Shown: positions 53,796 to 64,000 of the stretch, one piece after another | Numbering within the stretch: the stretch's first letter is position 1 | Layout: every line of letters begins with the position of its first letter | Assembly: GCF_009834535.1 (NCBI RefSeq) | Contig: NC_045697.1 | Coordinates: 54,128,001 to 54,192,000, forward strand | Direction: 5' to 3' | Length of the DNA stretch: 64,000 nucleotides | DNA from: Camelus ferus | Taxonomy: Eukaryota | Notes under the pieces: generated by a model | What the model was told of the DNA's origin: nothing | The model's input: the letters and a program-made list of their open reading frames with translations, nothing else | Databases searched by the model: none | Made by a program: the position numbers and the translations under genes

Positions 53796-55762
53796 GCTTT
53801 GAGGATGAATATAATCTCAATTCATTTTATTTACAACATATTTTACAATAGCTTATGTTGAAGAATTTTCTAATCAATCAACTGGGAACACCGTTAAAGC
53901 TATTGTATAGCTAATGGTGGAAAATATCAAAATTATTCCAAAATCAGAATTTAACAAAGTATATTTTAAAGACTCTGCTTAATAATATTTCAGTCTACAT
54001 TCTCAATTACTAAAGATTCTTTAAGTAACAGAGCTATGTAATAGTGAATATGCTAACCAAATATCATAGGTTTCCTGTGAAGTTCTATTTTTATGTTTTG
54101 TTCCGTTGTCAGAATTTCTGCCCAACTTTTATTTAAAAAACATAGTCCTGGAGTTGAGGGGATTATCCTGTTAGATCTTTCTTCTCTTTCTACTCTCAAA
54201 CATCAGTATTCTCCATAAAAGATATTGAGATGTCCCCTTTTAAGTATTTCCAGGAGGAGAAATTTAAGAAATGCTTAGGATTACCTTTCTAATGGTTTTA
54301 ACTACCTTTATTTGTATTCAAAACAAGTACCTTCTGCTGAACCTGTATCTTCCTATTTAAGTCTAGGTGGAGATAACTGAATTATTGGGATAATTTTTTA
54401 AATCCACTAGTATTTGTCCTACAAGTAATAATCCTTAGGGAAAGAGCATTAGGAAGTTGAGTAAATAGGTTAAAGTATACTATGAAGAAAAGGTGAATTT
54501 AAAAATAGAGAGGAGAAATAATTAGAACCTGAAAGTGAAAAAGAAGCCATTGGAAAGACAAATAGAAAGCTGTAGCCACTTGATAAAATTAAAAAAATTA
54601 AAAAAAGAATAAAAGGGTTTTTTTTTCAATTAAAGGAAATGAATAATTGATTTAGCCTGCTTAAAAAAAAAAAACCCAAAGAAACTTTATAACTAATACA
54701 CTTTGAAAGAGAGAGGGTACACAATTTTATCAGCTTAACACAACTATTTTTTATCTTCCAATTCTTGTATATATGCATATGTATATTTTGTAACACTGAC
54801 ATAACAGCACATACATAAAATATTTCTCCATCTGAGATTATATATTTTTCAATGACCACATGTTTGGTATAATCATCATTTTTAATGGCTACCCATGAGT
54901 TAAATTAAACCACATAGAACCTTGCCTAGAACATTCGGCTAGCTGGTATCAACTAATTATTTTATATCAAGGTCAGGAACCATGGCAACCTCCCCTTCCT
55001 CAATCCATGAACCCTCTTGTGATGTACCAAACGAAGACCCTGTGATCACCTATCCTTTCCTCTGCTTTGCTTCTTTCTCACAACGCCTGTGGTTTCTTCT
55101 CTTTCTCCCGACACTGCTTTTTGTCTTCCGCAATGTTTTAACATCTCACTCTACCATCTTTCTCAGCTGATTCCACCGAGTCTTCCTTGCTTCTTTTTAT
55201 CAAAATGTTCCTATACCTTCAACCTTTCACAGAATGCTCCCTCATCATCTTACTAAAGTCTGGATGTCCCTATCTAATACATCCCTTCATTGAAATCCAT
55301 AATAATACTGAGTCAGAATTCTTCCAACTCCCAATTAAAAGCTTCCTAACATTTGTGTAGTCTTCCAACAATTACTACTGCACAATAGTATAAAAACATT
55401 ACACTATTTTTAGTATATAGGCTCATGTCTCTACCTATACCACATATTGCCCCTCCTAATTCTAGCCTCTAGGTACTCCCCACCTTAATTGAGGTACTAG
55501 GCACCTGCTCAAAATAGACCTCTCTACCCGACTCCTATCTTTATTGTGGTCAATTTCAACATCCAAGTGGATAATCCACATCTAGCCTCAATTCTTCAAA
55601 CTCATAAATCCAAATGACTTTAACTTCTACTCCACTCCCATTATCTCCTATCTGGACTGTTGGAAGAACCTCAAAATGATCTTCTTTCTCCAATATTGAT
55701 GTCCTCTAGTCCATACTCCTGCACCTCTAAGTTCAAATATCTCTAATTTTCCACACCCTACA

Positions 55763-56230
55763 GAAGAGGTACTTAATCTACAGCCTAACAACTTGGATAG
55801 AAAAAAAAAATAGTCTTTATTTCCACTAACTTTTAACAGAAACTTACTATTTCTTTCCATTATAAAATAGGCAAAACAATAATAACCCAGTAACATAAGC
55901 TGTATCAGTGACTGTCACTAAGAGAAATAACAGATTTTTAAATTTCATTTAACAGCTGTTATATATGTTACAAAATATATTCATACTCACTACAACTTTG
56001 AAATTCTGTTCATAGACTCATTGCTATATCCTGTTATTTAATACGTTAAAAGAGAAGCACATTTATTACTACTTACAAATTTCAAAATATTTTGATACAT
56101 ATGTCGGTTCCTGTATAATTATATGTATTTTGTTTTATGCATCTAAAAACATTATGAGAAGTTCATAGCCTTTACCAAAGAGCCAAAGATGGCCATAGGC
56201 ATGGCATAAAAAGAAATTAAGAGCCCTTCA
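55763..56230. mobile_element. hAT-Charlie (Charlie4-like) non-autonomous DNA transposon
   Basis: tttatttccactaacttttaacagaaactta...gtgactgtcactaagagaaataacagatt...gttcatagcctttaccaaagagccaaagatggccata...aagaaattaagagccc. Confidence 0.6.
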
Positions 56231-56595
56231 CCTGTAGGGTAAAGACAAAATCTATTTTCTAGATGTAAAAAAAATTTCATGATTATCTTCTATTTTCCAT
56301 TTTAATCTCTCATCTTGGGTTCTTTTTGTTATTCTTCATTTTAGTTTTTTTAAAAGGTGCTTTTAGTGCTCTAAACGTTACAGTGCTCTAAACACACTGT
56401 AATGTTGCATGCACAAGTGAATCCCTCTGCAGGGAAGTTCTTCCCTCCTTATCACTTCAGCAAGTTTCCATTCTTGAAAACTGTTTTACCAACTGAGCAT
56501 ATTCTCAGTTTGTGCATACTGAATTTTCACTAAAATCTACTCTCATTGTTAAATATATAGTTTAAAAAATATAAAACAATACTTTTTTTCAGTAT

Positions 56596-57221
56596 TGTGG
56601 CAGGCAGAATTCTAAAGTGGTCCTTCAACATCTTCTGCTCTAATCTCACTGTGAATACAATAAGATATTATACCCATGCTTATGGAACATTACATGGTTA
56701 AAGGAATTTTGAAGACATGATTAAGGTTACTAATCACATGACTTTGAGTTAATCAAAAAGGAGAATTTTTTTTTCCAGGTGGGTCTAAATCTACTCCTTT
56801 AGAAGTAGAGCATAGTCTCTTCTTTATAGCAGAAAAATCAAAGAGATTCCAAGTGTTAAAAAATGCAGTACTCCTGGCTTGAAGATGGAGAGGACCATTT
56901 GTCAAGAATGCAGGTAGCCTCTAGAAATTGAGGGTAATCCAAGCTGACAGGTAGCAAAGAAACACAGATCTTAGCCCTTCTGCAGTGAACTTAATTCTAC
57001 CAACAGCCTGAATGAGCAGGCAAGTGACTCTTCACCACAGTCTCCAGATAGGAGCCCAGCCAAGTCCACACCTTGCTTTTAGCCTTTAAATACAAAGCCG
57101 AGAACAAAGCTAAGCCCACCTGAACTTCTAATCAACAGAATAAAAACAGATAAAAAATGGCTGTTGTTTTAAGTGATTAAGTTTGTAGTAATTTGTTATA
57201 CGTTAACAGAAAATTGACAAA
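56596..57221 (+). mobile_element. MLT1 (MLT1E-like) MaLR solo LTR
   Basis: tgtggcaggcagaattctaaagtggtcc...gattaaggttactaatcacatgactttgagttaatcaaaaaggaga...gtagtaatttgttata; near-TSD agtat (56591-56595) / cgtat (57222-57226). Confidence 0.85.
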
Positions 57222-57575
57222 CGTATAGAAATTTTGTTTATAAGCCATTTTGAACAATCTCCCATGCTCATTTTTTTAAACATTTTTTATTGATTTATAA
57301 TCATTTTACAATGTTGTGTCACATTCCAGTGTAGAGCACAATTTTTCAGTTATACATGAACATATATATAGTCACATTTTTTTCTATATGAGCTACCATA
57401 AGATCTTGTGTATATATATCCCTATGCTATACAGTATTATCTTGTTTACCTATTCTACAATTTTGAAATCCCATCTATTCCTTCCCACCCTCCGCCCCCT
57501 TGGCAACCACAAGTTTGTATTCTATGTCTATGAGTCTGTTTCTGTTTTGTATTTATGCTTTGCTTGTTTTTTTTT

Positions 57576-60500
57576 TTAGATTCTACATATAAGCGATCTC
57601 ATATGGTATTTTTCTTTCTCTTATTGGCTTATTTCACTTAGAATGACATTCTCCAGGAGCATCCATGTTGCTGTAAATGGCATTATGTTGTTGGTTTTTA
57701 TGGCTGAGTAGTATTCCATTGTATAAATATACCACTTCTTCTTTATCCAGTCATCCGTTGATGGACATTTAGGCTGTCTCCATGTCTTGGCTATTGTAAA
57801 TAATGCTGCTATGAACATTGGGGTGCAGGTGTCATCCTGAAGTAGGGTTCCTTCTGGATATATGCCCAGGAGCGGGATTCCTGGGTCACATGGTAAGACT
57901 ATTCCTAGTCTTTTGAGGAATCTCCACACTGTTTTCCACAATGGCTACACCAAACTGCATTCTCACCAGCAGTGTAGGAGGGTCCCCCTTTCTCCACAGC
58001 CTCTCCACAGTTGTCATTTGTGGATTTTGGAATGATGGCCATTCTGACTGGTGTGAGGTGATACCTCATTGTAGTTATGATTTGCATTTCTCTGATAATT
58101 AGTGATAATTGAGCATTTTCTCATCTGCCTATTGACCATTTGTACTTCTTCCTTGGAGAACTGCTTGTTTAGGTCTTTTGCCCATTTTTGGATTGGGGTG
58201 TTTGGTTGTTTCTATTAAGTCATATGAGCTGCATGTATATTCTGGAGATCAAGCGTTTGTCGGTTTCATTTGCAAAAATTTTCTCCCATTCCGTAGGTTG
58301 TCATTTTGTTTTACTTATGGTTTCCTTTGTTGTGCAGAAGCTTGTAAGTTTCCTTAGGTCCCATTTGTTTATTCTTGCTTTTATTTCTATTGCTTGAGTA
58401 GACTGTCCTAGGAGAACATTTTTGAGATGTATGTCAGATAATGTTTTGCCTATATTTTCTTCTAGGAGATTTACTGTACCTTGTCTTATGTTTAAGTCTT
58501 TGATCCATTCTTAGTTTATTTTTGTGTATAGTGTAAGGGAGTGTTCTAACTTCATTGCTTTACATGCTGCTGTCCACTTTTCCCAACACCATTTGCTGAA
58601 GAGACTCTCTTTATTCCATTGTATATTCTTGCCTCCTTTGTCAAAGATTAGTTGATCAAAAGTGTGTGGGTTCATTTCTGGGCTCTCTATTCTGTTCCAT
58701 AGGTCTAATATGTCTATTTTTGTACCATACCATGCTGTCTTGATGACTGTAGCTCTATAGTATTGTCTGAAGTCTGGGCTTTATTCCTCCAGCCTTTTTC
58801 TTTAGTAATGCTTTGGCAATTCTAGTTCTTTTGTGGTTCCATATAAATTTTATTATAATTTGTTGTAGTTCTGTGAAATATGCCCTGGGTAATTTGATAG
58901 GGATTTCATTAAATCTGTAGATCGCCTTGGGCAATGTGACCATTTTAACAATATTGGTTCTTCCAATCTAAGAGCATGGGATATCTTTCCATTTTTTAAA
59001 GTCTTCTTTAATTTCTTTCATCAATGTTTTATAGTTCTCCATGTATAATTCTTTCACCTCCTTGGTTAGATTTATTCCTAGATATTTTACTACTTTGGGT
59101 GCTATTTTAAAGGGGATTGTTTCTTTACTTTCTTTTTCTGTTGATTCATCGTTAGTGTAAATATCTGCAACTGATTTTTGAACATTAATCTTGTAACCTG
59201 CTACCTTGCTAAATTCTTTGAGCAGCTTTAGTAGTTTTTGTGTGGATCTCCTAGCGTTTTGTATATATAGTAACATGTCTTCGGCATACAGTGACAATTT
59301 TACCTCTTCTTTTCCAATTTGGATCCCTTTTATTTCTCTCTCTTGTCTGATTGCTCTGGCTTGGACTTCCAAGACGATGTTGAATAGGAGTGGTGATAGT
59401 GGGCATCCTTGTCTTGTCCCAGATTTTAGTGCGAAGCTTTTGAGTTTTTCACCGATGAGTACTACGCTGGCTATAGGTCTCTCACATATAGCTTTTATTA
59501 TGTTGAGATATGTTCCATCTATACCCACTTTGGTGAGAGTTTTTATCATAAACGGGTGTTGAATTTTATCAAATGCTTTTTCTGCATCTATTGAGATGAT
59601 CATGTGGTTTTTGTCCTTTCTCTTGTTGATGTGATGTATTACATTGATTTGCATATGTTGAACCACCCTTGTGTCCCTGGGATGAACCACACCTGTCATG
59701 ATGTCTAATCTTTTTTATGTGTTGTTGGATTCTATTTGCTAATATTTTGGTGAGGATTTTGGCATCTATGTTCATCAGTGATATTGGCCTATAATTCTCT
59801 TTTTTGGTAGTGTCTTTGCCTGGTTTTGGGATCAGCGTGATGGTGACTTCATAGAATGAGTTTGGGAGTATTCCCTCCTTTTCATTCTTCTGGAAGAGTT
59901 TGAGAAGGACTGGTATGAGTTCTTCTTTGTATGTTTGGTAGAATTCCCCGGTGAAGCCATCCGGTCCTGGACTTTTTTTTGTAGGGAGGGTTTTTAATTG
60001 CTATTTCAATTTCATTTCCACTGATCAGCTTGTTCAAGTGGTCAGTTTCTTCTTGATTCAGTCTTCGTGGACTGTATGTTTCCAGAAATTGTCCATCTCC
60101 TCTAGGTTATCCAGTTTGGTTCCATATAGTTTTTCATAATACTCTCATATGATATTCTGTATTTCTAATTTATTTGTTGTAATTTCTCTGTTATCCTTTC
60201 TTAGTTTGCTAATTTGTGCCCTCTCTTTTTTCTTCTTTGTGATTTTGGCCACAGGTTTGTCGATTTTATTTACTTTTTTTAAAAAATCAGCTTTTAGTTT
60301 GATTGATTTTTCTATGGTTTTTCAAATCTCTATTTTATTTATTTCCTCCCTGATCTTTATCATTTCCTTCATTCTGCTGCCTTTTGGGGTTTTTTGTTCT
60401 TCTTCTTCTAGTTCTTTTAGTTGGTGGGTTAAATTGTTTATTTGAGACTGTTTTTTTTTGAGGAAGGCCTGTATTGCTATAAACTTCCCTCTTAGCACTG

Positions 60501-62580
60501 CCTTTGCTGTGTCCCATAAATTTTGTGTCGTTGTGCTTTCATTGTCATTTCTCTCAAGGTATTTTTTAATTTCAGCTTTGATTTCCTCGTTGACCCATTG
60601 TTTTTTTAATAGCATATTGTTTAATCTCCATGCTTTCCTCTTTTTCCTCCTTTGTTTCTCTGTTGTTGATTTCTAGTTTAATGGCATTGTGGTCAGTAAA
60701 GATGCTTGAGATAATTTCTATCTTCTTAAAATTGTTGAGGCTTCTTTTGTGCCCAAGTACATGATCAATCCTGAAAAATGTTCTATGTGCACTTGAAAAG
60801 AATGTATATCCTATTTTTGGGGGGGGTGTAATGCTCTGAAATTATCCACCAAATCTAATTTTTCTATTGTATTATTTAGTTTCTCTGTTGCCTTGTTTAT
60901 TTTCTGTCTGGAAGATCTGTCTAGTGATGTTAATGCAGTGTTAAAATCTCCAACTAGAAACCTCCTAGAGGAAAACATAGGCAAAACATTATCTGACATA
61001 CATTTAAAAAATTTTCTCCTAGAAGAAATAAAAGCAAGAATAAACAAATGGGACCTAATGAAACTTACAAGCTTCTGCACAGCAAAGGAAACCAGAAATA
61101 AAACAAGAAGAAAACCTACAGAATGGGAGAAAATTTTTGCAAGTGAAACCGACAAAGGCTTGATCTCCAGAATATATAAGCAGCTCATACAACTCAGTAA
61201 GAAAAAAATAAACAACCCAATCCAAAAATGGGCAGAAGACCTAAACAAGCAATTCTCCAAGGAAGACATACAAATGATCAAAAAGCACATGAAAAAATGC
61301 TCAATATCACTAATTATCAGAGAAATGCAAATCAAAACTACAATGAGGTATCACCTCACACCAGTCAGAATGGCCGTCATTCAAAAATCCACAAATGACA
61401 AATGTTGGAGAGGCTGTGGAGAAAGGGGAACCCTCCTACACTGCTGGTGGGAATGCAGTTTGATGCAGCCACTATGGAAAACAGTGTGGAGATTCCTCAA
61501 AAGACTAGGAGCAGACTTACCATATGACCCAGGAATCCCACTCCTGGGCTTGTATCCAGAAGGAAATCTACTTCAGGATGACACCTGCACCCCAATGTTC
61601 ATAGCAGCACTATTTACAATAGCCAAAACATGGAAACAGCCTAAATGTCCATCAACAGGTGACTGGATAAAGAAGAAGTGGTATATTTATACAATGGAAT
61701 ACTACTCAGCCATAAAAACCGACAACATAATGCCATTTACAGCAACATGGATGCTCCTGGAGAATGTCATTATAAGTGAAGTAAGCCAGAAAGAGAAAGA
61801 AAAATACCATATGAGATCGCTTATATGTGGAATCTAAAAAACAAAAACAAACAAACAAAAACAAAGCGTAAATAAAGGACAGAAATAGACTCACAGACAG
61901 AGAATACAGACTTGTGGTTACCAGGGGGGTGGAGGGTGGGAAGGGATAGACTGGGATTTCAAAATTGTAGAATAGACTACACTGTATAGCACAGGGAAAT
62001 ATACACAAAATGTTATAATAACTCACAGAGAAAAAACTGTGACAATGAGTGTGTATATGTCCATGAATAACTGAAAACTTGTGCTGAACACTGGAATTTG
62101 ACACAACATTGTAAAATGATTATAAATCAATAAAAAATGTTAAAAAAAAAATCTCCAACTAGGATTGTATTCCCATCAATATCCCCCTTTATCCCTGTTG
62201 GTAATTGTTTTATGTATTTAGGTGCTCCTATATTGGGTGCATATATATTAACAAGTGTAATATCCTCATCTTGTATCATTCCTTTAATCATTATAAAATG
62301 TCCTTCTTTAACTTTATTTATGGCCTTTGTTTTAAAGTCTATTTTTTCTGAAATCAGTACTGCAACACCTGCTTTTTTGGCTTTTCCATTTGCATGGAAT
62401 ATCTTTTTCCATCCTTTCACTCTCAATCTGTATGTGTCCTTCTCCCTAAAGTGGGTCTCTTGTATGCAGCATATTGAAGGTTCTTGCTTTATTATCCAGT
62501 CTGCCACTCTGTCTTTTGACTGGAGCATTTAGTCCAATAACATTTCCAGTAATTAATGATAGATGTGTGTTTATTGCCAT
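57576..62580 (-). pseudogene. L1 ORF2 (endonuclease/reverse transcriptase), disrupted
   Basis: ATG GCA ATA AAC at 62580; frameshift near 62510; further stops and frameshifts (fragments 62127..62528, 60322..60615, 59569..59775, 58968..59699, 58755..58943, 57905..58087, 57621..57941); RT motif reads YAED instead of YADD; nested insertion at 60958-62147. Confidence 0.93.
60958..62147 (+). mobile_element. 5'-truncated L1 (about 1.19 kb) nested antisense inside the host L1 ORF2
   Basis: Open ORF2 C-terminus [10 protein letters not shown]...HCWWEC...[10 protein letters not shown] (stop at 61837), 3'UTR and A-tail; perfect 15-bp TSD aaaatctccaactag at 60943-60957 and 62148-62162, preceded by tt (TT/AAAA). 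Confidence 0.96.
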
Positions 62581-62964
62581 TTTGAACTTGTCTTTGCAGT
62601 TGACTTGGTATTTCCTCTTTGTTCCTTTCTTCTTCCTTTTGTGGTTTGGTAATTTTCCTTTGTATTATCATGGATTTTACTTAGTTTTTGTGATTCCCTT
62701 GTAAGTTTCTGGCTTGTGGTTACCCTTTTCTGTAACTCTATTAGCCCTCTACTATATCTCAAACCCATCTTACCGAAAACAAAAAAATTTGTAAAAGAAA
62801 GAAATAAAATACTCTAAGAAAAAAAATACTTGCTTCCCTATCCCACTCTTAATGACTTAGATGCCTTCTTTTACAATTTTGTGTTTATTTTATTTGTAAA
62901 TCATGAGTTATCATTTTTCCAGTTATGAGTTTCTCATATCTGTAGCATCCTGCTTCTTTTCTAT

Positions 62965-63864
62965 TTAGAGTAGACCTTTCAATATGTCTTTTAGCATGGG
63001 TTTAGTGTTGCTAAACTCTTTTAGTTTTTGTTTGTCTGTGAAATTCTTTATCTCTCCTTCTATCCTAAAGGATAGCCTTGCTGGATAAAGTATCCTAGGC
63101 TGCATCTTTTTTACATTCAGGACTTTGAATATATCTTGCCACTCCCTTCTGGCCTGTAGTGTTTGTGTAGAGAAATCAGCTGAGAGCCTTATGGGGGTTC
63201 CCTTGTAACTCACTCTTTGCTTTTCTCTTGCTGCCTTTAGGATCATTTCTTTATCCTTGACTCTGGCCATCTTGATTATGGTATGCCTTGGTGTGGGTCT
63301 GTTTTGGTTCTTCCTGTCTGGGACCCTTTGAACTTCCTGTACTTGGATATCTGATTCCTTCTTTAAGTTTGGGAAGTTTTCAGTCATGATTTCTTCAAAA
63401 ACCTTTTGAATTCCCTTTGATCTTTCTTCCCCTTCTGGGACCCTTATTACGCGAAGATTGGCACACTTTATATTATCCCATAGGTCCCTTATGTTGCTTT
63501 CATTTGTTTTTATTTGTTTATCTTGCAGTCGTTCTGATTGGGTGCTTTCTGTTGTCCTGTCTTCTAGGTAACTATTTCGTTCCTCTGCATTATCTAGTCT
63601 GCTTTGCACAGCCTTTAGATCCGTTCTCATCTCAGTCAATGAGTTTACCAGTTCTACTTGGCTCTTTATAGCTTCGATTTCATTTTTGACATATTTTATA
63701 TCTCTAAACACTATGTCTTTTAGTTCCTTCAGTACTTTGATCACTCCTTTTTTTAAATCTTGATCTAGTAGGTTATCGATATCTATTTCATTGATCATTG
63801 TTTCAGGGAATTTCTCTTGGTCTTTTAATTGGGAATGGTTTCTCTGCTTCTTCATCTTGCTCAT
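62965..63864 (-). CDS. L1 ORF1p (RNA-binding protein), uninterrupted 299 aa
   Basis: MSKMKKQRNHSQLK... coiled coil, LWDNIKCANLRVIRVPEGEE, ENFPNL, TPRHTIIKM, YKGTPIRLSADFS, ARREW, PRILYPARLSF. Confidence 0.92.
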   Translation of the reverse strand: MSKMKKQRNHSQLKDQEKFPETMINEIDIDNLLDQDLKKGVIKVLKELKDIVFRDIKYVKNEIEAIKSQVELVNSLTEMRTDLKAVQSRLDNAEERNSYLEDRTTESTQSERLQDKQIKTNESNIRDLWDNIKCANLRVIRVPEGEERSKGIQKVFEEIMTENFPNLKKESDIQVQEVQRVPDRKNQNRPTPRHTIIKMARVKDKEMILKAAREKQRVSYKGTPIRLSADFSTQTLQARREWQDIFKVLNVKKMQPRILYPARLSFRIEGEIKNFTDKQKLKEFSNTKPMLKDILKGLL

Positions 63865-64000
63865 CTCTCTCTGGCACTCTGGCTTACAGAGTATCAGTTA
63901 TTTATTGTGGTCCTTAAAGGAGTTTATTTATTTATCTATCTAATGCCTATGTAGGGATAAAAGTTAAAAAATAAAAAAGAGAGAGAGAAAGAGAGTTTTA

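Larger units (their letters stand above)
57271..64000 (-). mobile_element. Near full-length young L1; 5'UTR probably runs off the window; interrupted by a nested L1
   Basis: T-tail at 57271, 3'UTR, ORF2 fragments ([22 protein letters not shown]...[38 protein letters not shown]), about 380-bp inter-ORF spacer, intact ORF1. Confidence 0.97.

Noticed and set aside
60811..61335. 174-aa minus-strand ORF with a hydrophobic N-terminus fused to an endonuclease-like tail
   Set aside because: Antisense reading of the nested L1 running into the host ORF2 across the TSD; a by-product of the insertion.
60893..61837. 314-aa ORF, the longest in the window, as a novel gene
   Set aside because: It is a junction of about 22 codons of antisense host L1 with the ORF2 C-terminus of the nested L1, and it starts at a non-ATG codon.

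Overview
AT-rich placental-mammal genomic DNA, not prokaryotic. The L1 3'UTR type and the apparent absence of Alu, B1, Bov-A/Bov-B, PRE1 and CAN-SINE elements suggest a laurasiatherian, possibly a camelid (inference). The + strand carries coding exons 2-10 of the type II transmembrane serine protease TMPRSS11F (HAT-like 4) between 22538 and 49435. All splice sites are canonical AG/GT, the phases are consistent, and the R|IVQG activation site, His/Asp/Ser triad and S1 Asp are intact. The product is about 437 aa if the short exon 1, which I could not find and which probably lies upstream of the window, supplies 11 coding nt. The rest is intron and intergenic DNA rich in interspersed repeats: a full-length TA-flanked Tigger1, MADE2, MER20, a Charlie-type hAT element, several MLT1 and MER34-like LTRs, MIRs, L2s and L1s of several ages. 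The right end holds a near full-length minus-strand L1 with an intact ORF1. Its ORF2 endonuclease GDFN motif is split by a second, oppositely oriented L1 of the same family with a perfect 15-bp TSD. I found no evidence for a new multi-gene biological system. The most notable items are this nested L1, differences in TMPRSS11F relative to remembered human/mouse sequences, and several small duplications and palindromes. Repeat subfamily names come from remembered consensus sequences and repeat boundaries are approximate unless a TSD is given.
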